Positions 49,320 to 64,000 of a stretch of 64,000 bases of DNA are shown here, piece after piece (the stretch's first letter is position 1; the number at the start of each line of letters is the position of its first letter). Under the pieces are notes generated by a model. The model did no database searches. It saw nothing but the letters and a program-made list of their open reading frames with translations, and was not told the DNA's origin. The stretch lies in NCBI GenBank assembly GCA_964572225.1, contig CAZNFR010000001.1, positions 10,710 through 74,709 of the forward strand, written 5' to 3'. A program made the translations under genes and the position numbers. The stretch is from an uncultured Bacteroidaceae bacterium. GTDB lineage: Bacteria; Bacteroidota; Bacteroidia; Bacteroidales; GCA-2748055.

Positions 49320-52300
49320 ATGAAAAAAATCCTTACCTCCCTGGTTTTTTTATTCCTGATTTTTCCGCTTTTCGCCCAGTCCCTGCCCGATCTTTGGAGC
49401 CCCAATCCCAACGGAGACGGCAATCATGATCATTACAAGCCCGGAGTTTCCTATACCTTCACGATTTCGGTAAAAAACTCGGGAACGGCTTATTCGGACG
49501 CGGTAAAAGTTAGTTTATACTTATCTGATGACAAGATTTTCAGTGCTGATGATCAGTATATTGCAGATGCCGCCCCATCCTTTCCAGCCACCAGCATCAG
49601 TCCGAATGGGACATTGGGATACATAAAGAAGTTTACCTTTCCTTCCGTACCGGAAGCAGGAGAATACTACATTTTGTTTTATGTTGATTCGGATATGAGC
49701 GAGGAAGAGGAGAATGAGAACAACAACATATCCTCCTTCTTTATTACAGCCGGGAATCATGCCGGATCGAAGGTTATAACCACCGGAGAATACCTCTCCA
49801 CCAGTTATGCAGCGGCGGGGTCTGACGTAAATGTAGGCTCCAGGCTAAGGAATGTTGGGAATTCGGATGCCTATAACGCAAAAGTTGAGTATTATCTTTC
49901 TACCGATAAAGTTAAGGATGCATCGGATGTCTTGCTGGGATCCGATACGGAGATTTATATTTATCCCGGAAATTCTTTTTATAAATCGAACACCCTGACT
50001 ATTCCCGGCGGAACTGCAGATGGATTGTATTATCTGTTGTTCACTACCACCGAGACGGATTACTTGCCCCTGCAGATCGGTAGCACTCCCGGTGCTATTC
50101 CCGATTTGCAGATAAGCAGCATTACCACTACCGAAACTACGGTTTTACCAGGAGAGGACCTACATGTAGACGCAGGATGGAACAATGCCGGAAATGCGGT
50201 AGCGGGAGAATGCGGACTTGCTTATTACATTTCCCCCAGGCCGGATTTCGATACCCTTGCGATATTTGTCACCGCAGAGGCCCTGGATATTCTGCCGGCC
50301 GCACAATCCGGATCCGGATCGGTTACTCTCAAGGTTCCTTCTCACATTAAGGCCGGTACCTGGTATGCGATGAGCAGAATTGATTACCTTTCCACGGTAA
50401 TCGAAAGTGACGAGACCAACAATGTTTCCTCGGTTTCATTCCAGGTTGATCCTCTCCCCGGGCCTGATCTTGAGGTTACCACGGTCACGGTGAGTCCCGA
50501 TCCGGCTCTGGAGCAAAGCAGCATAAATCTGACTGCAACTGTGAAGAATACCGGGTCCTTAAGTGCAGGGTCATCCCAGGTTTACTTTTATATTTCTTCC
50601 AACAGTATTTTTGAGGAAACAGACTGGAATCTGGTGAATGTAAATGTGAGCAGCCTGGCTACGGGTGCTGAACAGGAGGTTTCCACCAGTTATACCCTTC
50701 CTTCCTGGATAGATCCCGGAAACTTTACGATATATACGATGGCAGACGGGGGTGAGGTAATCAGCGAGCAGTATGAGGATAACAATCTGGACAGCACCAC
50801 CCTTACCGTAAGTCTGAATGCAGCTGATTTTACCATAAGCAATGTAAGTCCGGATGCTGCCTCCGCGGAGACAGGTCAGGATATACGGGTTTCCTATACT
50901 GCTTCGAACATAGGAACCAAAGCTGATTATTGCTATACCGGCTTCTATATTTCCACGGATGCAATTTTGGATGGAGGAGACACCTACCTTGAATATAAGT
51001 ATGAATCTTCCATTAATCCGGGTAGTAACTACAACACCAGTAACTACATCGACATCCCTGCTTCTGTCGCGGCAGGACAGTACTATATAATTCTCAAGGC
51101 CGATTACAATGATTCCAAGACTGAACTGGATGAAAGCAATAACACTGCCTGTGCTTCCATTGAAATTGAGGAGGCAAAACCGGACCTGAGTGCGGTTACG
51201 ATAAGTTATGTTCCTTCGTGGGGGACCTGGGGAAATAATCTGAATCTTTCCGTGAACGTGAGAAATTACGGAGGCATCGCTTCCCCGGCCTTTGAAACAG
51301 GATATTACCTGTCTGCCGACAGGACTCTGGACGGGGCGGACATACTATTGGGAACCAAAGTTACCAGCGATCTGGGTGTGGGTGCAGGTACCTGGGTGGG
51401 ACAGGATGTTACGGTACCGGCAGGAATTCCTGAAGGGAATTACTACATTCTCTTTGTGATTGACCATGATAATCAGGTGCCGGAATCGGTCGAAACCAAC
51501 AATATGGATGACTGGGCATATCTGATCACCGATGGAACCGAACCTAATCCCGACCTGGAGGTTACCTCAACTCAGACGTCTTTGCTGGGCGCTGTATCCA
51601 ATTCGGTCTATGTTTCCGGTAGTGTGGTAAACAACGGGAATTTCAACTCCTTAAGCACCACCTATCTGCACTACTATTTATCTTCAGATGCTATTTTTGA
51701 TGGAGCCGATACCTATCTCACCAACGATAATGTTTCTGACCTGGATCCGGGTGAATCTTCCCCAGAGAGTGCCAATGTGACCATTCCTGCAGGAACAGTA
51801 CCGGGTGATTACTATGTTATTTTAGTTGCGGATGGCACCGAAGTCTGTGCGGAAAGCAATGAAGCTAACAATACCCTGGCAATCCCTCTGGAGGTTGTGG
51901 CCAGTATGGAGGCAGACCTGCTGATCTCCGAGTGCAGACTCCCGGCCGATACGGTTTCTCAGGGTGTTTACCTGTATGTTTATGCAACCGTTCACAACGC
52001 AGGATTGTCATCATCAAGCTCATCCGCCGAATTGGGGTACTATTATTCCACAGATACCCTGCTCGATGGCTCGGATGTATACATGGCCAAAGATTATATC
52101 GGAAGCCTTTCAGCCGGAGCTTACTCTTCCGAACAGAACTATTACTGGAGAGTTCCAACAAGTATTTCCGGTACGTATTATGTGCTTTTCGTGGCCGATT
52201 ACGGCAATGATCAAACGGAATCGGATGAAGAAAACAATCTGGCCTGGAGGGAGATCTACATCAAAGAACCTCCAAAATCTGACCTTACCGTTACCCAGGG

Positions 52301-55300
52301 TTCGCTTTCGGTTTCGGCCACCATGCCGGGTGAGAGGATTACAGCCTATGCCACCCTGAAAAACATCGGAGAGGCAGATGCGTATTCTTCAACAAGGCTG
52401 GGTTATTTCATCTCTTCCGACAGTATTTGGGATGCGGGGGATACCTATCTCGATTATGATTATATCGGTTCATACAAAATGGAAGCAGGGGTTAGCATAA
52501 ATGAGAACCAGTCATTCTATCTTCCCACCGATCTGACTACCGGAACCTCCTATTTTATTTTACTCATAGCTGATTATCAATTATCTGAAAATGAGGAGGA
52601 TGAAAGCAATAATTATTATGGGGTAAAAATTGATATCCTGGATGCGCCTCCCGGACCGGATTACATCGTAGAGTCTGCTTCACTGGATGCCGATACCATA
52701 TACATTGGCGGAAGTGTTTATGCCAGTGCAGTTGTAGCCAACATCGGGGGAGCAGCCACCTATACCAGTTACCTGGGGTATTACCTTTCGGAGGATGATC
52801 TTTTGGATGCCGGCGACTCCCGCTTAACAACCGATGCAGTCTATGGATTATCTGCCGGAGGCAACAGTAGTGAATATGCCACCTTATATCCTTCGGTTGT
52901 CAGCGAGGGGGATTATTTTATCCTTTTCGTTGCCGATTATGATCTGGATGTTGCTGAGGACGATGAAACCAATAATGTAGAGGCGGTTCCTCTCTTCATT
53001 CGTGAGCAAACCTATCCTGATCTGGAGATCTCTTCCCTCACTTTGGTAACGGACAACCGGTTACCGGGCGAAACCCTTGAGGTGGATGCACAGGTATGGA
53101 ACTCAGGGAATGCGAATGCCGGAAGCAGCAGGGTATATTTTTATCTTTCAGTCGATGCGAATTTCGATGCCGGAACCGATAGCTACTTTGGTTACAAGGA
53201 CATTGCGGGGATAAATGCAGGAGCAACCCTGGATGTGTCCCATCAATATACCATACCTGCAGGGCAACAACCCGGAAACTATTATATCATTGCCATGGCC
53301 GACGGGGCATATGGAATTGTGGAAAGCGATGAAACCAACAATACCTCGGCAGTCAGTCTGAACATTTCTACTCCGCCAAGGCCCGAAATTATTGCAGAAA
53401 ACCTGGCTATTTCCACTTCATTGGTAAAAAAGGACCATCTTCTGGATATTAATTTTGATGTAAATAATACCGGGTTGCAGGATGCAGCCAACTTCAGCAC
53501 TTCTGTCTTTATCGCTGATCAGACGGATTTCAGCGGCACGGAATACCTTCTTTCCACTATTAATCATTCTCTTATCCAGGCCGGTACAGGGATCCCATTC
53601 GCCAGAACCCTGACCATGCCGTCTTCACTTGCGGACGGTGACTGGTATGTGGTTGTGGTGACCGATGTAAACTCGGATGTAATGGAAGAAGATGAAACCA
53701 ATAACAAGACCTGGGAATCCTTTACTTTCTGTTTTCCGGTCACTATCGGTTCAGGTCCGGCCGACGCCCCGGTATGTCCTGGTGAAGAAGCAGGCTTCCA
53801 GGTATCGGCTTCTGGAACGGCTCCGATAACGTATCACTGGTTCATAAACGGTATGGAATCCGGAAGTTCAGAAAGCCTGCTTACTACCCAATCGGAGGAT
53901 GCGGTGGTTTATGTGGAAGTCTCAAATCTTTGTGATACGGTAAGCTCTCCGGCAGCACAGCTTGAGATTAAAACGGCATTGACTATCAATTCATCACCCG
54001 CTTCTTTCACTGCCTGTCCGGGTACCGAGCAAGTACTTTCGGTTTCGGCCGAAGGAGCAGGCAGCTTAAACTATACCTGGAAAAAGAACGGATCCGACTG
54101 GGATGCAGGTTCTGCGGAACTGTACTTCCCGTCCATCAGTTCCATGGATGAAGGAAACTATTCCGTCACCATAACGGATGAATGCAGCAGTCTGAATTCG
54201 GAAGAAGCAACGGTAACGGTGGTACCGGAACTGATTATTACCATGCAACCAGAATCGGAATCCTTCTGTTCGGGTGAGTCAGGAGCGCTGGAGATCGTGG
54301 CCAGTGGATCCGGTGTGGTCGATTATGAATGGTTCCATAACGAAGCTTCCACCGGTGAAACGGGAACGGTGCTGGATCTGACCCAGATTTCTCCGGAGGA
54401 TGTAGGGGAGTATTACGCAGTGGTATCGGACGATTGTGCCTCACTCAGCTCCGAATTTGCTACAATTTCCCTGGTGGAACCGGTAAGCATTACTGCACAG
54501 CCCCAGGATATGGAAACCTGTGAAGGTTCCGCAGCCTCTTTTACCGTAGAAACGGATTATACCTGTGAATACCAGTGGTTCCAAAACGGCTCGGAGCTTC
54601 CAGGCATGAATGGACCTTCCTGCGGACTAAGCTCTGCTGATGCATACAGTGCCGGAGAGTACACGGTGAAGGTGAGCAATGCCTGCGGAGAGGAAATGAG
54701 CGAAATTGCGACTCTGAGTATTATGCCTGACCTGGAAATAAGCCTGGACGAAAGTCAAATGGAAGTTTGCGAAGGGGAGAACCTGACCGTCACGGTAAGC
54801 GATAACCTCGAAGGATCCAATTATTTCTGGACCTTTGAAGGGGTTAGTAAGTCGAACGACGGACAGATGGAACTGAGCAATATCCATTGGAGCGATGGGG
54901 GTGAGTATAAGGTCGAAGTTAGCAATGGATGCGAATACGATGTGGACACCTTCCGCCTGATTGTGAAGAGAAGACCCGAAACCCCCTCAATTCTCATGTC
55001 AGAAGGGGTGTTGAGAAGCAATATGGCGGCCGACAATTACCTTTGGTTCCGCAACAGTCAGGAACTTGAAATCAACGATCGCGAAATTGTTCCTTCCGAG
55101 GACGGAACCTATGCTCTAATGATCGAGGTTGAGGGTTGCCTTTCCCTCATCAGCGAAGGAGTATATGTTTCTCTAACAGGTATCATGCAAACGATGGATA
55201 CGGAGATCAGTCTGTATCCGAATCCGGCCAGCGATCTTTTGTATCTTGAAACAGGCCTGGATATTTCTGAGCTTTCGGTTTATGACCTCTCCGGAAGAAG

Positions 55301-55430
55301 GACTGAGGTGAGGGTGGAAACCGGAACGGGACTTTATACCCTTGATGTATCAGGATTGCCGGAAGGTCTTTATCTGATCAGGATAATCCGGGAAAACCAG
55401 GTTGAAGTAATCGAGTTCATGAAAAAATAA
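49320..55430 (+). CDS. giant secreted surface protein: about 12 CARDB-like modules, about 5 Ig-like modules and a T9SS C-terminal sorting domain
   Basis: 2036 aa. Signal peptide MKKILTSLVFLFLIFPLFAQ, then the repeats and C-terminal domain described in the next three entries. Confidence 0.85.
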   Translation: MKKILTSLVFLFLIFPLFAQSLPDLWSPNPNGDGNHDHYKPGVSYTFTISVKNSGTAYSDAVKVSLYLSDDKIFSADDQYIADAAPSFPATSISPNGTLGYIKKFTFPSVPEAGEYYILFYVDSDMSEEEENENNNISSFFITAGNHAGSKVITTGEYLSTSYAAAGSDVNVGSRLRNVGNSDAYNAKVEYYLSTDKVKDASDVLLGSDTEIYIYPGNSFYKSNTLTIPGGTADGLYYLLFTTTETDYLPLQIGSTPGAIPDLQISSITTTETTVLPGEDLHVDAGWNNAGNAVAGECGLAYYISPRPDFDTLAIFVTAEALDILPAAQSGSGSVTLKVPSHIKAGTWYAMSRIDYLSTVIESDETNNVSSVSFQVDPLPGPDLEVTTVTVSPDPALEQSSINLTATVKNTGSLSAGSSQVYFYISSNSIFEETDWNLVNVNVSSLATGAEQEVSTSYTLPSWIDPGNFTIYTMADGGEVISEQYEDNNLDSTTLTVSLNAADFTISNVSPDAASAETGQDIRVSYTASNIGTKADYCYTGFYISTDAILDGGDTYLEYKYESSINPGSNYNTSNYIDIPASVAAGQYYIILKADYNDSKTELDESNNTACASIEIEEAKPDLSAVTISYVPSWGTWGNNLNLSVNVRNYGGIASPAFETGYYLSADRTLDGADILLGTKVTSDLGVGAGTWVGQDVTVPAGIPEGNYYILFVIDHDNQVPESVETNNMDDWAYLITDGTEPNPDLEVTSTQTSLLGAVSNSVYVSGSVVNNGNFNSLSTTYLHYYLSSDAIFDGADTYLTNDNVSDLDPGESSPESANVTIPAGTVPGDYYVILVADGTEVCAESNEANNTLAIPLEVVASMEADLLISECRLPADTVSQGVYLYVYATVHNAGLSSSSSSAELGYYYSTDTLLDGSDVYMAKDYIGSLSAGAYSSEQNYYWRVPTSISGTYYVLFVADYGNDQTESDEENNLAWREIYIKEPPKSDLTVTQGSLSVSATMPGERITAYATLKNIGEADAYSSTRLGYFISSDSIWDAGDTYLDYDYIGSYKMEAGVSINENQSFYLPTDLTTGTSYFILLIADYQLSENEEDESNNYYGVKIDILDAPPGPDYIVESASLDADTIYIGGSVYASAVVANIGGAATYTSYLGYYLSEDDLLDAGDSRLTTDAVYGLSAGGNSSEYATLYPSVVSEGDYFILFVADYDLDVAEDDETNNVEAVPLFIREQTYPDLEISSLTLVTDNRLPGETLEVDAQVWNSGNANAGSSRVYFYLSVDANFDAGTDSYFGYKDIAGINAGATLDVSHQYTIPAGQQPGNYYIIAMADGAYGIVESDETNNTSAVSLNISTPPRPEIIAENLAISTSLVKKDHLLDINFDVNNTGLQDAANFSTSVFIADQTDFSGTEYLLSTINHSLIQAGTGIPFARTLTMPSSLADGDWYVVVVTDVNSDVMEEDETNNKTWESFTFCFPVTIGSGPADAPVCPGEEAGFQVSASGTAPITYHWFINGMESGSSESLLTTQSEDAVVYVEVSNLCDTVSSPAAQLEIKTALTINSSPASFTACPGTEQVLSVSAEGAGSLNYTWKKNGSDWDAGSAELYFPSISSMDEGNYSVTITDECSSLNSEEATVTVVPELIITMQPESESFCSGESGALEIVASGSGVVDYEWFHNEASTGETGTVLDLTQISPEDVGEYYAVVSDDCASLSSEFATISLVEPVSITAQPQDMETCEGSAASFTVETDYTCEYQWFQNGSELPGMNGPSCGLSSADAYSAGEYTVKVSNACGEEMSEIATLSIMPDLEISLDESQMEVCEGENLTVTVSDNLEGSNYFWTFEGVSKSNDGQMELSNIHWSDGGEYKVEVSNGCEYDVDTFRLIVKRRPETPSILMSEGVLRSNMAADNYLWFRNSQELEINDREIVPSEDGTYALMIEVEGCLSLISEGVYVSLTGIMQTMDTEISLYPNPASDLLYLETGLDISELSVYDLSGRRTEVRVETGTGLYTLDVSGLPEGLYLIRIIRENQVEVIEFMKK
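49380..53730 (+). repeat. array of about 12 tandem CARDB-like protein modules of about 120 aa each (divergent at the DNA level)
   Basis: Each module starts near PDL and ends with an acidic ...E(S/E)(D/N)E.NN motif: ENENNN, ESDETNN, EDNN, LDESNN, VETNN, NEANN, DEENN, DESNN, DDETNN, ESDETNN, EDETNN. Each has a central YY(L/I)S.D...D..D and G.YY(I/V). Confidence 0.7.
53730..54970 (+). repeat. about 5 tandem Ig-like modules
   Basis: Recurrent C.G.....V.A.G....Y.W..NG...........D.G.Y.V.V...C pattern with a period of about 80 aa. Confidence 0.55.
55194..55427 (+). other. T9SS C-terminal sorting domain (Por_Secre_tail type)
   Basis: ISLYPNPASDLLYLE ... VYDLSGR ... GLYLIRI, in the last about 78 residues. 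Confidence 0.75.
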
Positions 55431-55468
55431 GCTCTCTCTTTAGCCCATCAACATATCAAACAAGAAGG

Positions 55469-55500
55469 CCGGTCCGGATTATTTGTCCGGGCCGGTTTTT
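55469..55500 (+). terminator. intrinsic terminator after the giant gene
   Basis: CCGGTCCGGA-ttatttg-TCCGGGCCGG (10-bp stem with one G-U pair) followed by TTTTT. Confidence 0.6.
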
Positions 55501-55515
55501 CAATTATAGCCTTCA

Positions 55516-60085
<4,570 letters not shown>

Positions 60086-60126
60086 TTTACAATTTATTTA
60101 AGTTAGACAAAAAATATAGCGTTTGT

Positions 60127-60555
60127 TTATTTTCTTCTTTTATCCTGAAAGGACCCCATGAGTTGGAGTTTATAATCTTCCAGGTTGAAACCGGGGATGT
60201 TTTTTCGCAAAAAATAATTTTCAATCAGGGAATTCAGCTCCTCATCATAATAGTCTTCAATACGGTTGTCTTCCATACTGTACAAATGATGATGCCGTTT
60301 AAGCACCGGATCATACCTCATCACATCGGCATCGGTTTTCACCCGCCTGATAATTCCTTTCTGCACGAAGGTGTCGAGGGTTTTGTAAATGGTTCCTGCC
60401 GAAATATTGGGGTATTTCTTAAGCACCGACCGGGTTATCATTTCGGCGGAAGGATGATCGGGGCCTTTGATAATGGCCTCATAGACGGCAATCCTCTGCA
60501 AGGTCACTTTCAGTCCGTTGCTGGTAAGAAGGTCCCTGAATTCAGTTGCTCTCAT
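60127..60555 (-). CDS. Fur-family transcriptional repressor (PerR-like by context), lacking all Cys
   Basis: LKVTLQRIAVYEAI, HPSAEMI, ISAGTIYKTLDTF and RHHH match Fur-family winged-helix and hinge motifs. The 142-aa sequence contains no CxxC pairs. Confidence 0.85.
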   Translation of the reverse strand: MRATEFRDLLTSNGLKVTLQRIAVYEAIIKGPDHPSAEMITRSVLKKYPNISAGTIYKTLDTFVQKGIIRRVKTDADVMRYDPVLKRHHHLYSMEDNRIEDYYDEELNSLIENYFLRKNIPGFNLEDYKLQLMGSFQDKRRK

Positions 60556-60558
60556 CTA

Positions 60559-60574
60559 AATAATAATTATTATT
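60559..60574. promoter_or_regulatory. perfect 16-bp palindrome AATAATAATTATTATT (Fur/PerR-box-like) in the fur leader
   Basis: Self-complementary over 60559-60574. Lies between the candidate -7 box (60590-60597) and the ATG at 60555. Built from NATWAT-type hexamers. Confidence 0.35.
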
Positions 60575-60589
60575 AACTAGTATTGATTA

Positions 60590-60597
60590 CAAATATA
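60590..60597 (-). promoter_or_regulatory. -7-type box TATATTTG upstream of fur-prx
   Basis: CAAATATA on the plus strand, 34 nt upstream of ATG 60555. Confidence 0.3.
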
Positions 60598-60679
60598 TAA
60601 TAATTTAAAATAAGCTCCAAGTCAAATTCGACCGAATTCTCAATTGACTTATAACCAGTTTTAATTCATGGATTTACGA

Positions 60680-62962
60680 TTACTTGCAGGCAGGATCCTG
60701 ATAGCATTGTGCATCGACCACAGCGATGGCGGCCATGTTTACGATCTCCCTGACGGAGCTTTCCAGCTGAAGGATGTGAATGGGCTTTCCTATTCCCAGG
60801 AGAATGGGCCCGATCACATCGGCTTCTCCGATCTCCTGCATCATTTTATAGGCGATATTACCGGAGCTGAGGTTTGGGAATATCACGGTATTGACATCCT
60901 TATCCCGGAGTTTGCTAAAGGGGAACTTTTTCATTCTGAGTTCGGGATTGAAGGCGAAATTGGCCTGCATTTCCCCGTCCACAATTAACTCGGGATGGTG
61001 TTCGTGAAGGTATTGGACGGCTTCGTGTACGCGGGCCGGACTGTCGGCCCGGTTGCTGCCGAAGTTGGAATAGGAAACCAGGGCTATTCTGGGTTCCATC
61101 CCAAAGTTCTCCACCGCATTGGAGGTAAGAAGGGTGGTGTCCACCAGGGTTTGAACGCCGGGGTGTATGTTTACCGTGGTATCTGCGAAAAAGAAGGAGC
61201 CTTTTTTGGTTTGTACGATGTACATACCGGCAATATGTTTTTTAGGATTATTGGCACCGGCGATCTGAATGGCCGGACGGATCACATCGGCGTATTTACT
61301 TGAGAATCCACTGAGAAATGCATCAGCTTCTCCCGTTTCCACCATCATAACTCCGAAATAATTCGGGTTATACATCAGATCCATGGCTTCTTCCAGGTTG
61401 AGGCCCTTTCTTTGTCTTTTTTCGTAGAAGATCCGGGCGAATTCTGACCTTTTGTATTCTTCCTCTCTGCTTCTGGGATCGATGATTTTCACCTTACCCA
61501 GGTCGAGTCTGTTTTTCTCGGTGATGCAGTGTATTTCTTCGCGGTTACCGAGGAGTATGGGTGTGGCGATATTTTCGTATATGATTTCATGGGCTGCCTT
61601 GAGCACTTTGTAATTGGCTGCTTCGCCAAATACCACTCTTTTGGGATTCTGCCGTGCTTTAACCCGGATATCCCTGACAAGCTGGTTATCCAGTCCGAGT
61701 CTTTTTCTGAGCTGATTCTGATACGAATCCCAATTGTCTATCTTAGACCGGGCGACACCTGTATCAATGGCGGCTTTGGCAACCGCGGTGGCCACCCTGG
61801 TGATGAGTCTGGGGTCCAGGGGTTTGGGAATTATGTACTCCCTTCCGAAAACCAGATTACTGACCTTATAAGCCCGGTTAACCGTGTCTGGCACATCTTC
61901 CTTGGCCAGATCTGCCAGGGCTTTAACCGCCGCGATCTTCATTTCTTCGTTGATGGCTGTGGCCTTAACATCCAGTGCCCCTCTGAAGATAAAGGGGAAT
62001 CCCAGCACATTGTTGATCTGGTTGGGATAGTCTGAGCGTCCGGTGGCAAAGATCAGATCTTTCCGGGCTTCCATGGCCTTTTCATAGGAGATCTCCGGAT
62101 TCGGATTGGCCATGGCAAAGACGATGGGGTCGTTGTTCATGGACTTCAGCATTTCCTGGGTCATCACATCGGCCACGCTGAGTCCGAGAAAGACATCGGC
62201 TCCTTTAAGGGCATCCTCCAGGGTATGCAGGTCTTCATCGGTAGCAAACTGTTCCTTGTATTTATTCAGGTCCGTTCTATCCTTACGAAGAACCCCCTTA
62301 CTGTCGAGCATAATAATATTTTCCCTTTTCACTCCCAGGGAGATGTAAAGCTGACTGCAGGAGAAGGCGGAGGCACCGGCTCCGTTTACGACCACCCGGA
62401 TCTCATCGATCTTCTTTCCGTTCAGCTCAAGAGCATTTAGGAGTCCGGCAGCCGAAATGATGGCTGTTCCGTGCTGGTCATCATGAAAGACCGGGATATC
62501 CAGGGCCTGTTTTAGTTTTTCCTCGATCTCAAAGCACTCCGGGGCTTTTATATCTTCAAGATTGATACCCCCAAAAGTAGGTGCAATGGCCTTTACCACA
62601 TCCACAAACCCATCCACATCGGTTTTATCCACCTCAATATCAAAAACATCCACATCGGCAAAAATTTTAAAAAGCAGTCCTTTCCCTTCCATCACGGGTT
62701 TTCCGGCGAGAGCACCAATGTTTCCCAGTCCGAGCACCGCGGTTCCGTTAGAGATCACCGCAACCAGGTTTCCCCGGGCGGTATACTTGAATACATCGGA
62801 GGGATTATCCTTGATTGCCAGGCAGGGCTCGGCCACCCCGGGGGAGTAGGCAAGAGAGAGATCCATCTGAGTAGTGTGAGGTTTGGTAGGTACAACCTCG
62901 ATCTTACCGGGTCTGCCCTGGGAATGATAATTAAGGGCATCCTCTTTTGTAAAATTAGCCAT
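60680..62962 (-). CDS. maeB: NADP-dependent malic enzyme (malic enzyme domain plus phosphotransacetylase-like domain)
   Basis: 760 aa. [27 protein letters not shown] and GINLEDI in the N-terminal half, then a PTA-like C-terminal half. Confidence 0.95.
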   Translation of the reverse strand: MANFTKEDALNYHSQGRPGKIEVVPTKPHTTQMDLSLAYSPGVAEPCLAIKDNPSDVFKYTARGNLVAVISNGTAVLGLGNIGALAGKPVMEGKGLLFKIFADVDVFDIEVDKTDVDGFVDVVKAIAPTFGGINLEDIKAPECFEIEEKLKQALDIPVFHDDQHGTAIISAAGLLNALELNGKKIDEIRVVVNGAGASAFSCSQLYISLGVKRENIIMLDSKGVLRKDRTDLNKYKEQFATDEDLHTLEDALKGADVFLGLSVADVMTQEMLKSMNNDPIVFAMANPNPEISYEKAMEARKDLIFATGRSDYPNQINNVLGFPFIFRGALDVKATAINEEMKIAAVKALADLAKEDVPDTVNRAYKVSNLVFGREYIIPKPLDPRLITRVATAVAKAAIDTGVARSKIDNWDSYQNQLRKRLGLDNQLVRDIRVKARQNPKRVVFGEAANYKVLKAAHEIIYENIATPILLGNREEIHCITEKNRLDLGKVKIIDPRSREEEYKRSEFARIFYEKRQRKGLNLEEAMDLMYNPNYFGVMMVETGEADAFLSGFSSKYADVIRPAIQIAGANNPKKHIAGMYIVQTKKGSFFFADTTVNIHPGVQTLVDTTLLTSNAVENFGMEPRIALVSYSNFGSNRADSPARVHEAVQYLHEHHPELIVDGEMQANFAFNPELRMKKFPFSKLRDKDVNTVIFPNLSSGNIAYKMMQEIGEADVIGPILLGIGKPIHILQLESSVREIVNMAAIAVVDAQCYQDPACK

Positions 62963-62994
62963 GGATGTGTGTTTTAGGGTTTAAACAGTACATG

Positions 62995-63002
62995 CAAAAT
63001 TA
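62995..63002 (-). promoter_or_regulatory. -7-type box TAATTTTG upstream of maeB
   Basis: CAAAATTA on the plus strand, 32 nt upstream of ATG 62962. Confidence 0.3.
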
Positions 63003-63088
63003 GGAAACACCTTATTGAGAATACTCTCCGGGTGGCGCATAACATCATGTTCTTTAACAGAGAGAGACCGGTTCTGGTTCAACAGTTT

Positions 63089-64000
63089 TTATTCACCCGG
63101 TTGATCCTTGGTTCCTTTTACCTCCTCCGGCAGACCTTCAGGGAGCGGATTTTTGATCAATTCATCGTATTCCTCCCGGTGTTTGTATATGTCGACTGCG
63201 AGATAGAGGGCATTGAGAAAGGACAGGTGATTGGCTTCATTCCTACCTGCGAGTTCAAAGGCCGTTCCGTGAGCGGGGGAGGTTCTCACCACGGGGAGTC
63301 CGGCGGTATAGTTAACCCCCCGATCAACCACCAGGGTTTTGAAAGGAATAAGACCCTGATCATGATACATGGCCAGCACTCCATCGAATGCCTTGAAAGC
63401 TCCCGATCCGAAAAATCCATCGGCCGGGTAAGGCCCGGAAACGATCATGTTTTCTCCTTTGGCTTTTTGGATTGCGGGGGAAATAATGGTATCCTCTTCT
63501 TTTCCCAGCAGTCCGTTATCACCTGCATGCGGATTGAGTCCGAGGACAGCAATTCTGGGTTTCCGGATACCAAAATCGGATTTGAGTGAACGGTTAATAA
63601 CCCGGATCTTTTTCAGGATCCTTTCCTCGGTGATGTACTCAGGAAGGGCTGAAGTGGGGATGTGTCCGGCTACCACTCCGATTTTCAGCAGGTCACTGAC
63701 CATCAGCATCAGGACCTCATCCGAACCAAAAACCGACTGCAGGTATTCGGTATGTCCGCTGAAATTAAACTTATCGGACTGAATGTTATGTTTGTTTATG
63801 GGTGCGGTCACCAGGGCATGTATTTTGCCATCCTTAAGGTCTTTCACTCCTGCTTCAAGGGCCAGTCTGGAGGCTTCACCGGCCACGGGGGAGTTTTTCC
63901 CTAGTTCGACCCGGATGTTTTCATCCACACAATTGATAATATTCGGACGTTTTGGGTGGGCATCTTCGACCTTGTTAATATTATTAAAGCTGAAATTATC
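63089..64000 (-). CDS. pdxA: 4-hydroxythreonine-4-phosphate dehydrogenase (5' end outside the window)
   Basis: ALVTAPINKH, FSGHTEYL, LGLNPHAGDNG and VRTSPAHGTAF. The frame stays open upstream of the ORF-track GTG (63928) to the window end (DNFSFNNINKVEDAHPKRPNIINCVDEN...), so the true start lies beyond 64000. Confidence 0.9.
   Translation of the reverse strand, partial: DNFSFNNINKVEDAHPKRPNIINCVDENIRVELGKNSPVAGEASRLALEAGVKDLKDGKIHALVTAPINKHNIQSDKFNFSGHTEYLQSVFGSDEVLMLMVSDLLKIGVVAGHIPTSALPEYITEERILKKIRVINRSLKSDFGIRKPRIAVLGLNPHAGDNGLLGKEEDTIISPAIQKAKGENMIVSGPYPADGFFGSGAFKAFDGVLAMYHDQGLIPFKTLVVDRGVNYTAGLPVVRTSPAHGTAFELAGRNEANHLSFLNALYLAVDIYKHREEYDELIKNPLPEGLPEEVKGTKDQPGE

Noticed and set aside
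60600-60679. Imperfect hairpin AGTCAAATTCgaccGAATTctcaaTTGACT downstream of maeB as a terminator.
   Set aside because: The stem is interrupted and AT-rich, and it is not followed by a clean T-run on the minus strand. The evidence is insufficient.

Overview
This window looks like a Bacteroidota chromosomal segment. Supporting evidence: a bifunctional LpxC/FabZ fusion, a 2460-aa SprA type IX secretion (T9SS) translocon, a T9SS C-terminal sorting domain on a giant surface protein, and TAnnTTTG -7-type promoter boxes. I call about 45 protein-coding genes, two of them cut by the window edges. I found no rRNA, tRNA, CRISPR array, transposase or integrase. Most of the content is housekeeping: suf Fe-S assembly (sufBCDSE plus a DUF59 protein) followed by queG; the lipid A genes lpxD, lpxC/fabZ and lpxA; rimP-nusA-infB; ruvA-sprA-gcvH; thiL, maeB and pdxA. 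Accessory or poorly understood content: (1) a GshB-like ATP-grasp ligase overlapping a fused formylglutamate-amidohydrolase / DUF1704 (MATCAP-type, HExxH...QEGLA) hydrolase; (2) a seven-gene minus-strand cluster joining two DUF4491-like membrane paralogs, a TonB-dependent receptor (TBDR), an AmpG/RhtX-FptX-like MFS permease, hemN and hemY; (3) a CHAD protein paired with a coiled-coil protein that has a basic tail; (4) a 2036-aa T9SS cargo with about 12 CARDB-like and about 5 Ig-like modules; (5) an AT-rich vapBC module; (6) a Cys-free Fur/PerR-like regulator plus peroxiredoxin with a perfect 16-bp palindrome in the leader; (7) queG lacking any canonical start codon and separated from the upstream DUF59 gene by a single in-frame TAA. 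All family assignments come from motif recognition by eye; no database search was run. I see no clear-cut novel defence or mobile system. The ATP-grasp/FGase-DUF1704 pair and the receptor-permease-heme cluster are the best candidates for undescribed biology.
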